A DNA stretch of 31,035 nt, taken from contig JBFRWD010000026.1 in NCBI GenBank assembly GCA_051439425.1, positions 1-31,035 of the forward strand, read 5' to 3'. Each line of letters opens with the position of its first letter. The first letter of the stretch is position 1. A model generated the notes under the pieces. The model did no database searches. It worked only from the letters and a program-made list of their open reading frames with translations, and was not told the origin of the DNA. A program made the translations under genes and the position numbers. This DNA is from Synechococcus sp. GTDB lineage: Bacteria > Cyanobacteriota > Cyanobacteriia > Thermostichales > PCC-7336. Below are positions 17,230 to 25,608 of this stretch, in pieces.

Positions 17230-19809
17230 ATGGTTTCGAGCATTGATGACAATATAAGAGATCGCGCGATGCAAGCATTTGCTCGCGAAGAATACTCTGA
17301 AGCGACTCAACTGTTCGGACAGTTGACCAATGAGTCTCCGGAAGATCTCTCGCTTAAGTTATGGCTGGCTTCCTCACAGCAGTTGTCGGGATATCCAGCG
17401 GCGGCCCGAGAAACCTACGAATCTGTGTTGATGGAAACAGACGATCCCGACCTGATTGGAGCCGCGAACAATGGTCTAGCCCAGCTCCAAGCTCTTCAGG
17501 ATGGTACCAGTGGGGAGCAGTCTACTGATATGAATACCAGCCCTCTGCCAACACCCGGTGGCAACGTTCCTCTGCTTGAGGATAGTGACCTGAACTTCAA
17601 TTTAGATGAACTATCGATGACTAGCACTAACACAACCTCTCTCAATTCTACTGAGGACACAGCAAAGATAATGGCGAACGCACCCGAGTCTGGCGAACGC
17701 CCTGAGGGCGGGCATATTGCGGAAATGCCGCCAATGGATGGCTCCGAAAACCCAACCAATGTCTTGGATTCGAGCAACGTGTCCGACGATCTCATCTTTG
17801 ATGAGTGTGATGAGAAGGAGTTGTTTGCGGATGTGAGTGGTGATGTATCGAGCATCACTCCGCCTGTTGGCACGCAAATGTTTGCCAATGAAATTGAGGC
17901 CGATGATTCTGTCTCTGGGATTGAAGCGTTAATGGGTGACACTGCTAATGCAGTAGGTTCCGATCGCACTGTTTTTGCTAGCAGTGACTCTGAGAGCGGT
18001 AGTCTGGGAGGCGACTTTTCTGATGATGACTTTGCTTTTCTTGAAGAGTTGAATGATGAAGTCGGCATGATCGATGAAGGCTCTTCGACGCATTTTGCGG
18101 CTGTGGATGATTACGAGTTTGAAGCCGAGTCTTTTACCACTGTGGATAATGCCTCTGACGTTGTGGGAACTGTTCTGGAAGAGATGCCCGAGCGGGACTC
18201 TAGCAACACGATGCTTTTTGATGGCATGCCAGAACCATTTATTCCGCTAGGAGGCGGTGAAGACTACGCGGTGGCTGAGGATAACGACAATTTACTGTTG
18301 CTAGAGGATGATTCAGACGCACTGTTCGATGGGGTCGATCTGGATGATTCGCTCGAGTCCTCTGTGGAGCCAGCGGGGATCGACCCAACCCCTTCTGAGG
18401 CGGTAACAGTCGACAGCACAGCCTCTTCTAGCAATCCCGCAAAAGCTGCTGGGTTACAAGGTGTTGCCATTCTGGCTGCTAGCGCCCTTGGGTTCTTTGG
18501 TTTGCAGACAGTTGTGCCCAATCCCATGGTTCGTGGGGTGGTTGGGGCCGTTGCCGGAACGGTTGCCGGAGCTGGCGTCGGGTTTGTTACGGCTAAGCAG
18601 CAATCTGCAATTGCCCGCCGCAGCTTGCAGGTTTTGAGTGCGGATATGGAGGCAATGTCTCAGGGCAACTACACAGTTCGCACAACGATTGTTTCGGGAG
18701 ATATGGCCCCATTGGGGCATGCATTTAACTATATGGCTCAAGCGGTTGAAGAAAATCTAGGGGCTTTAGAACGTCGAGCAGCTGAACAAGGGCAGGCAAA
18801 AGAAGATCTGCAACGTCAGGTGATCCGATTGCTCGATGATGTGGAAGGGGCAGCTCGCGGAGATTTGACCGTGAGGGCAGAGGTGACGGCTGACGTGCTA
18901 GGGGCTGTAGCCGATTCGTTTAACCTGACGATTGCCAGTTTGCGTGAAATTGTGGGTCAAGTGAAGCAGGCGGCAGCTGCTGTGAACGATGCCGCGAATG
19001 ATAACGAGACGCTGTCACGGGATCTGTCGAACGAAGCATTACGCCAGGCGGATGAGATTTCCAACCTGCTGAACTCCGTTCAGGTGATGACACAGTCGAT
19101 TCAAGATGTGGCCGGAAATGCAAAAGAGGCCGAACAAGTTGCTCAACAGGCTTCCGAGACCGCTATTCGCGGAGGCGAGGCGGTAGAGAGAACGGCCGCT
19201 GGTATTTTGGCCATTCGAGAAACGGTGGCTGAAACCACCCGACAGGTGAAGCGACTGGGGGAATCTTCTCAAGAAATTTCCAAAATTGTGGCCTTTATTT
19301 CCCAAATTGCATCTAGGACCAATCTACTAGCGTTGAATGCCAGCATTGAGGCCGCTCGTGCAGGAGAAGCGGGTCGAGGATTCGCAATTGTTGCGGATGA
19401 GGTGCGACAACTGTCCGATCGCTCCTCCAAGGCATCGAAGGAAATCGAGCAGATTGTAATGCAAATTCAGTCTGAGACCAGTCAGGTGATGACAGCAATG
19501 GAAGAAGGGACTCAGCAGGTCATCGAAGGAACCAAACTGGCAGAACAAGCGAAATCTAGTCTGGACGAGATTATTCAGGTAAGTCAAACCATTGATGGTT
19601 TGGTGCGATCGATTACAGCAGCAACTGTTGAACAAACAGAAACCTCTCGAACCGTAGCTCAGGTGATGCAAAATGCCGAGCTGACCTCCAATGAGACGTC
19701 TCAGGAGGCCCAAAAGGTATCCAGCTCTTTGATGAAACTGGTTGCAATTGCTCGCGACCTGCAGTCGTCGGTTGGTAAGTTCCGCACCATCAGCGAAGAA
19801 GCGTTATAG
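17230..19809 (+). CDS. Methyl-accepting chemotaxis protein, HmpD-like (TPR-like N-terminus, acidic region, 2 TM, HAMP, MA domain)
   Basis: [36 protein letters not shown] hairpin tip; [25 protein letters not shown] 17230 preceded by AGGAG. Confidence 0.96.
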   Translation: MVSSIDDNIRDRAMQAFAREEYSEATQLFGQLTNESPEDLSLKLWLASSQQLSGYPAAARETYESVLMETDDPDLIGAANNGLAQLQALQDGTSGEQSTDMNTSPLPTPGGNVPLLEDSDLNFNLDELSMTSTNTTSLNSTEDTAKIMANAPESGERPEGGHIAEMPPMDGSENPTNVLDSSNVSDDLIFDECDEKELFADVSGDVSSITPPVGTQMFANEIEADDSVSGIEALMGDTANAVGSDRTVFASSDSESGSLGGDFSDDDFAFLEELNDEVGMIDEGSSTHFAAVDDYEFEAESFTTVDNASDVVGTVLEEMPERDSSNTMLFDGMPEPFIPLGGGEDYAVAEDNDNLLLLEDDSDALFDGVDLDDSLESSVEPAGIDPTPSEAVTVDSTASSSNPAKAAGLQGVAILAASALGFFGLQTVVPNPMVRGVVGAVAGTVAGAGVGFVTAKQQSAIARRSLQVLSADMEAMSQGNYTVRTTIVSGDMAPLGHAFNYMAQAVEENLGALERRAAEQGQAKEDLQRQVIRLLDDVEGAARGDLTVRAEVTADVLGAVADSFNLTIASLREIVGQVKQAAAAVNDAANDNETLSRDLSNEALRQADEISNLLNSVQVMTQSIQDVAGNAKEAEQVAQQASETAIRGGEAVERTAAGILAIRETVAETTRQVKRLGESSQEISKIVAFISQIASRTNLLALNASIEAARAGEAGRGFAIVADEVRQLSDRSSKASKEIEQIVMQIQSETSQVMTAMEEGTQQVIEGTKLAEQAKSSLDEIIQVSQTIDGLVRSITAATVEQTETSRTVAQVMQNAELTSNETSQEAQKVSSSLMKLVAIARDLQSSVGKFRTISEEAL

Positions 19810-19920
19810 GCGAGTTAATACTCCCCCAAGGCAGCGGCAAATGCGCTGCGTTTTCCCTCTACCAGAGTGGCCACGGATTGAACGAGCCGCCTGCACTTTA
19901 GCCGATTGAGGATAGATTCA

Positions 19921-22900
19921 ATGGATCGCGAAGCACAACAACGGATTATGGGTTTCTTCATCGAAGAAGCTCGCGACCATTTGGTGAATCTAGAGCAGGG
20001 GCTGCTGAGCCTGCAGGAAAGCGCTTCTGATGCAGAACTCATCAACGAGCTGTTTCGTGGGGCTCACTCCATTAAAGGGGGAGCGGCAATGCTGGGCATT
20101 TCCAGTATTCAGCACACTGCGCACCGAATGGAAGATACGTTCAAGGTCTTTCGCGAGCGCGAAGTCCCCGTAGATCGCAAGCTCGAAACGCTACTCCTGC
20201 GCTGCTACGACACGCTTGCATCGCTGTTTGATAAATTGCAGAGCGATGAAGGGTTGTCGCCAGAGGATGGAGACGCTGTTCTATCCGAAACAGAACCCAT
20301 TTTTCAGCAGCTCGATTTACATATGAAAGTGCTGCTGGGTGAGCTATCTCCGGAAGCCGCCGCTGCGCAGATTGGGGCTGCAGATGAAGCTACTCCTGCT
20401 GCAACCAAGAAAGCCCCTGCTTTACAGGATGTATTCCAGCAATACGTTACGCGACTGATGCGAGAGATGCTGGATCTGTTCAAGCAAAGTGACAGCGCCG
20501 ATACCCGCTCCCGTTTGCGAGATGTCGGTCAGTCGTTAGCCCAACTGGGTGATACCTACGAACTGCCCACGTGGTCGCAGCTTTGCGAAACGATTGATGC
20601 TAGCTTGGCCAATCCCGCTAATCAATTCCCGCCGCTGGCTCGGCAGATTCTGCCAGCACTCAAACAAGCTCAGAAGCAAGTGCTGGCTGGTGAGGCGGCT
20701 GCAATTCAGATTTCTGCAGAATTACAGGCCATGGCGACGGCTGTAACCGAGATATCTCTGGTTCCTATCTCTGTTGTCGAGGATGTTCAGCCTGTACCAG
20801 AAGACGTACAGAGTGCAGAGTCTCAGGGGGGCGACCTGGCTGATTTGTGGGGACGTGCTGCTGAGGCACCGGTTGAAGCTCCCGATAGTCTTGCGGTTCC
20901 CGCTCCCGAACTTCTAGCAACTGACGATCGCGCAGAAGAGTCTGGGACTTCTCTGAATCTAGAGCTTGCTTCAACTGATGTAGAGATCGACCCACTGACC
21001 GCACAACCCACGTCAGGTTTAACCGATCTCTTTGGTGTTGAAGATGCGGTTGACCCCAGTGATGATTTGGTGTCGAGTGATATATCGTCGCTGTTTGCCG
21101 CAGATGAGGACAATGTAGCGGAGAGCTCTACTCCCCTAGATGTGCTTGACGCTGAAGAGGCTGTGTTACCAGAAATAGCTCCAGATGGTGATGTTGGCTT
21201 TGCCGATTTGTTTACGCCAGATGAGACTGAATTGGCAGTTAGTGACGTTGAAGCGAGCTCTCCAGTTGAAGCGAGGGCTGAATCTACTGACGATAGTTTT
21301 GAAGATTTGTTCTCCGAACCCGAACCTTTGCAGGTGGATGCACTGGCCTCAGATTTTGACTTTACGGACGACTTAGGAGAGGCGGCACCCTCAGTATCAG
21401 TAAACGAATCCGATGTCAGCTTAGATGAACTCGATTTGGGCTCGATGTTGTCGGAGCCTGCGAGCGAAGATCCGCTCGACGTCGGGTCTGCCGAGCTGCT
21501 TAACTTCGAGCATGCGTCTGATGAGGTTGACTCATCAACAGTGACGGACTCAACAGCTTCGAGTAGCTGGGACGATCTGGATGGTTTGTTTGATGATGCA
21601 CCGGCAGCTAGCGCTCCGACGAGTGCTCAAGTATCCCCTGTCTCCTCCCCGTTGCCTGAGAGTAGCCCATCGGTACAACCTCAAGTGTCTGCAACTCAAG
21701 AGGAAGGGGAGGCCGATCCATTCGCAGCCATAGATGAAATGATGGAGGGAGGCTCTGTCGGTAAGCCCAGGGCGGCTTCTGCCCCGGCGGCTCGCGCCTC
21801 GGCAGCTCCCCGTCGTTCTCCAACGAAGGCAGGATTTTCAAGTCCCACCATGCGGGTAGAGGTGAAATATTTGGACCTCATCAACAACCTGGTGGGGGAA
21901 ATGGTTGTTAGCCGAAACAGCTTGGAGCAGAATCAGGCGCGTCTACAGCAGTTTCTGGAAAACTTGCTCTTCCGTGTACGGCAATTGGGGGACATTGGAC
22001 AAAAGATGCGCGATCGCTACGAACGCTCCTTATTAGAAGCATCGCTATTGCGCAGTACCAATGCCGTTTCTCGCCCCACCACCAATACTGATGGAAGTGA
22101 CTCTCACGCTACGGGCGCTGATTTTGATGCCCTAGAAATGGACCGATTTACGGCGTTTCACAGTTTGTCTCAGGAAATTATTGAACTGATTGTGCGGGTG
22201 CGGGAATCTGCATCCGATATTCAGTTTGTGGTAGACCAAACGGAACAGACCGCTCGCCAGTTCCGCCAAAGTACATCCCAACTTCAGGACAATCTCAATC
22301 GGGCCCGTATGGTGCCATTCTCGCAGATTGCCGATCGTTTACCCCGAGCCATTCGAGACTTGTCGTTTAAAACTGGCAAGCAAATTGATTTGTTAGTGGA
22401 TGGTCGTGACACCCTGATCGACAAAGCCATTTTGGAAGAGTTGTACGATCCGATGACCCACTTGGTCAATAACGCGATCGTGCACGGTATCGAAGAGCCT
22501 CAAGTGCGTGAGAAGAGTGGTAAAGCCCCAGAGGGATTAATCAAGATTCAGACCTTCTATCAAGGAAATCAGACCATCATTGTGGTATCCGATGATGGAC
22601 ATGGCATTGATGCTGCTCGCGTCAAGGAGAAGGCACTAGCTCAGGGGTTGCTGAGCGAGAAAGAGGCAGCGTCAATTTCGGATAACGAGCTTTACGACAT
22701 CATCTTCCACGCTGGATTTAGTACGCGATCGCAAGCGGACGAGCTAGCCGGTCGTGGCGTGGGGATGGACGTCGTGCGCACTCGCTTGAATGACTTACGA
22801 GGCACCGTCCAGGTGGACTCTGTTCCTGGCCAAGGCACGACATTTACCATTCGCTTGCCGCTGACGTTGAGTGTGTCGAAGGCCATGGTCTGCGTCAGCG

Positions 22901-23805
22901 ATAAAGCCCTGATTGCTTTCCCCTTAGATGGTGTAGAAGAGATGGTAGACATCTCTTTGGACAGCGTGCGCAGAGATGCTGAAGGGAATAGCTTGATTGA
23001 CTGGCAGGATCAGGAACTGATTCTCAAGCCTTTGGCAGAGCTATTTAGCTATGGCAATCGCCATAGCCGCGGTCATGCTGAGGTTTATAGCTCGTCGTCT
23101 TACAGCGATGATGTGGTTCCGATCATCATCCTGCAGAGTGGTGGCCAACGGGTTGCCGTTCAGGTAGATAGTTTTGTGGAAGAACAAGAGATTGTAATTA
23201 AGCAGTTGAGTGGCCCAGCTCCCAAGCCATTGGGGATTGCTGGGGCAACCGTGTTGGGTGATGGTCGAGTTTTGGCGATCGCAGATACATTAGAGCTGAT
23301 CGATTTGGCCTATGGCCGTACCCGCCGCGATCAAATGCGCTTCTGGATGCCGGAAGGGGCTCAAGATGACCCTGTTGTTAGTGAAGATACAACTCCAACG
23401 GTATTGATTGTGGACGACTCGATTACGGTGCGCGAGTTGCTGTCCATGAGTTTCAACAAAGTGGGATACAAGGTGGAGCAGGCTCGTGACGGTCAAGATG
23501 CGTGGGACAAGCTGCGTAACGGCTTACCATGCGATCTGATATTCTGCGATATCGAAATGCCTCGAATGGATGGTTTGGAACTGCTATCTCGGATGCGAAA
23601 AGAGGAGCAGTATCAGGATTTACCGATCGCCATGCTCACCTCACGAGGGGCCGACCGACACCGCCAGATGGCATCGGATTTGGGGGCCAATGCTTACTTC
23701 ACCAAACCGTATTTGGAAGAAGAGTTGCTGACTGCTGCCAAGCGTCTACTTTCAGGAGAGAGTCTACTAGAAGCGGCTGTTCAAGCAGAACCGTCTCAAG
23801 CCTGA
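19921..23805 (+). CDS. CheA-type hybrid histidine kinase (Hpt, linker, dimerisation, HATPase, CheW, receiver), HmpE-like
   Basis: FRGAHSIKGGAAM (Hpt), HLVNNAIVHGIE, DDGHGID, GFST, GRGVGMDVV, GTTFTIRLP, C-terminal receiver IVDDS...CDIEMP...TKPY. Confidence 0.96.
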   Translation: MDREAQQRIMGFFIEEARDHLVNLEQGLLSLQESASDAELINELFRGAHSIKGGAAMLGISSIQHTAHRMEDTFKVFREREVPVDRKLETLLLRCYDTLASLFDKLQSDEGLSPEDGDAVLSETEPIFQQLDLHMKVLLGELSPEAAAAQIGAADEATPAATKKAPALQDVFQQYVTRLMREMLDLFKQSDSADTRSRLRDVGQSLAQLGDTYELPTWSQLCETIDASLANPANQFPPLARQILPALKQAQKQVLAGEAAAIQISAELQAMATAVTEISLVPISVVEDVQPVPEDVQSAESQGGDLADLWGRAAEAPVEAPDSLAVPAPELLATDDRAEESGTSLNLELASTDVEIDPLTAQPTSGLTDLFGVEDAVDPSDDLVSSDISSLFAADEDNVAESSTPLDVLDAEEAVLPEIAPDGDVGFADLFTPDETELAVSDVEASSPVEARAESTDDSFEDLFSEPEPLQVDALASDFDFTDDLGEAAPSVSVNESDVSLDELDLGSMLSEPASEDPLDVGSAELLNFEHASDEVDSSTVTDSTASSSWDDLDGLFDDAPAASAPTSAQVSPVSSPLPESSPSVQPQVSATQEEGEADPFAAIDEMMEGGSVGKPRAASAPAARASAAPRRSPTKAGFSSPTMRVEVKYLDLINNLVGEMVVSRNSLEQNQARLQQFLENLLFRVRQLGDIGQKMRDRYERSLLEASLLRSTNAVSRPTTNTDGSDSHATGADFDALEMDRFTAFHSLSQEIIELIVRVRESASDIQFVVDQTEQTARQFRQSTSQLQDNLNRARMVPFSQIADRLPRAIRDLSFKTGKQIDLLVDGRDTLIDKAILEELYDPMTHLVNNAIVHGIEEPQVREKSGKAPEGLIKIQTFYQGNQTIIVVSDDGHGIDAARVKEKALAQGLLSEKEAASISDNELYDIIFHAGFSTRSQADELAGRGVGMDVVRTRLNDLRGTVQVDSVPGQGTTFTIRLPLTLSVSKAMVCVSDKALIAFPLDGVEEMVDISLDSVRRDAEGNSLIDWQDQELILKPLAELFSYGNRHSRGHAEVYSSSSYSDDVVPIIILQSGGQRVAVQVDSFVEEQEIVIKQLSGPAPKPLGIAGATVLGDGRVLAIADTLELIDLAYGRTRRDQMRFWMPEGAQDDPVVSEDTTPTVLIVDDSITVRELLSMSFNKVGYKVEQARDGQDAWDKLRNGLPCDLIFCDIEMPRMDGLELLSRMRKEEQYQDLPIAMLTSRGADRHRQMASDLGANAYFTKPYLEEELLTAAKRLLSGESLLEAAVQAEPSQA

Positions 23806-24179
23806 TGGGTTTAGGCTGAGTCTCATTCTCCTAAGGATAAGACTTTGGGTTAAGAGTGCCTTGATGTACGCGGTTACTCGCCGGTACGGTCGCTTGCGAA
23901 CCGGGTGCGAATCTGCAGTCAGGCTCGATACGCTGAGGATAATTCCATTTCTTGTGGGTCGAGAAAGTTGGTTCGAGAACTTTGTCTGTCGGCCTATCTG
24001 GATCCACAACGGTTTGAAGTGGCTACGAGTGGTTCGCGATCCAAATCAATCTGAAGAATTGTCTGCGATCTCGCTGTTTCTTGCGAATGAGCGATGTAGA
24101 TTGCGCACCATGAAATTAAGGCCATGCGATGTCAACGCGGCTTATGCCCTTCACTTACTGATTTGGGGAGGCCATACTC

Positions 24180-24591
24180 GTGATTGAAACTCTCCCAACC
24201 ACCGACGGACGGGTTATTGGTTTTAGCATTGACGGAGCCATTGACGAAGAAGATTATCAAGCGCATTGCCGACGAAGTGACTCAGCGCTTGGAAACTCAT
24301 GACCGTCTGAGGCTGTATGGGGAAGTTAAAGACTGGACGGGGATTACCCCAAAGGCTCTGTTTGAAGATATCAAGTTTGCACTTCAGCATTTCCACGACT
24401 TTGAGCGGGAAGCAATTGTGTCCGATAAGGCATGGCTAAATGCGATGGCTAAAGAGGGCGCTCGCTTATTTCCCAGTATTGAGGTCAGACATTTTAGCTG
24501 GGACGATCGGGTGGCAGCTCTGACATGGGTGGAAGAATCGCTAGATAGTACTGCTTGTGATGGTTCGCTTGGCGATCGAGCTGCGATATAG
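24180..24591 (+). pseudogene. SpoIIAA-like (STAS/SEC14) protein split by a +1 frameshift near 24258-24264 (or a sequencing error)
   Basis: GGGGAGG RBS 8 nt before GTG 24180 gives MIETLPTTDGRVIGFSIDGAIDEEDYQ, stopping at 24300-24302; the family-like remainder (RIADEV...LRLY...AIVSDKAW...EVRHF...ALTWV) is in the next frame. Confidence 0.7.
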
Positions 24592-24706
24592 GAATCGCTA
24601 AGTGTGATTCAAGCTATCTCATTGTGTGTTGAGCCATTGAAGGGGTGACAGTGCTGTTCAGACTGGCTGTTTTGCAACTGTTGTGAATAGGGTCAGGTTG
24701 GACGTT

Positions 24707-25414
24707 ATGGTTGCGCTGTTTTTAAACCGTCGTGAGGCAGGTCAGTGTCTTGCTTCGCGGCTAGCATCGTTGGCTAACCGAGCTGATGTGGTGGTTGTGG
24801 CTTTGCCACGGGGTGGAGTCCCGATGGGATGGGAGATCGCGCGGGCACTCGCCGTGCCGTTAGATGTTTGCATCGTGCGCAAACTGGGGGTTCCCCAACA
24901 GCCCGAGTTGGCGTTTGGGGCGATTGGGTCTGGCGACGTAATAGTTTTGAATCCTGATGTTATCGATGCGTGGATGTTGTCGGCTGACGAGATCGATCGC
25001 GTAAAAGCCAGAGAGCAGCAAGAGCTTCATCGACGAGAACGGTTGTACTGTCAGGGACGCCAACAGCTCCAGTTGACCGGCAACGTCGTCATTCTGGTCG
25101 ATGATGGCGTAGCAACAGGTGCGACGGTGAAAGCCGCAATCTCAATCGTGCGTCAGCATCATCCTCGGACAATAGTTGTGGCCACTCCTGTGGCTCCCCC
25201 AACAGTTTGTGCCGAATTGCAAGCAGTAGTAGATTGTGTCGTTTGCCTTGCTATGCCCGCTACGTTTCGGGCGATTGGCGAGTGGTTTGTGAATTTTGAG
25301 CAATTGTCCGATGAAGAGGTTCGATACTGCTTGCGCAAGACGACGGCAGTCCGACCTCCCGAACTCCATGTCCCCCGCGCTTCGCTCGACTTGTTGGATG
25401 AACAATTGACTTAA
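24707..25414 (+). CDS. Type I phosphoribosyltransferase-family protein
   Basis: FLNRREAG, ALPRGGVP, VRKLGVPQQPELAFGAI, PRPP-binding VILVDDGVATGAT, FEQLSDEEV. Confidence 0.92.
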   Translation: MVALFLNRREAGQCLASRLASLANRADVVVVALPRGGVPMGWEIARALAVPLDVCIVRKLGVPQQPELAFGAIGSGDVIVLNPDVIDAWMLSADEIDRVKAREQQELHRRERLYCQGRQQLQLTGNVVILVDDGVATGATVKAAISIVRQHHPRTIVVATPVAPPTVCAELQAVVDCVVCLAMPATFRAIGEWFVNFEQLSDEEVRYCLRKTTAVRPPELHVPRASLDLLDEQLT

Positions 25415-25441
25415 GCAACGAGACGAAACTCGCTCCGTTGC
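25415..25441. terminator. Weak hairpin right after the PRTase stop in a convergent gap
   Basis: GCAACG (25415-25420) pairs with CGTTGC (25436-25441); no U tract. Confidence 0.25.
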
Positions 25442-25608
25442 CCCCAACTCGCACAATCGCCGGGGACCAGCCCCTAAGATTGAGGATTTCGAAGCCTTTC
25501 GAGAGTGTGTCGCCGCTCACGGCAACCTGACCCAACAGCAAATGGTAGGCTTGTGGCCGATATAGCTTTGCACTGTCTTGAACTCCACGAGCTGACGAAA
25601 AGCCTTAT

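Noticed and set aside
23861..24187. 108-aa ORF after CheA
   Set aside because: No motifs, Arg-rich non-coding-like composition, and it overlaps the RBS and start of the SpoIIAA-like gene.
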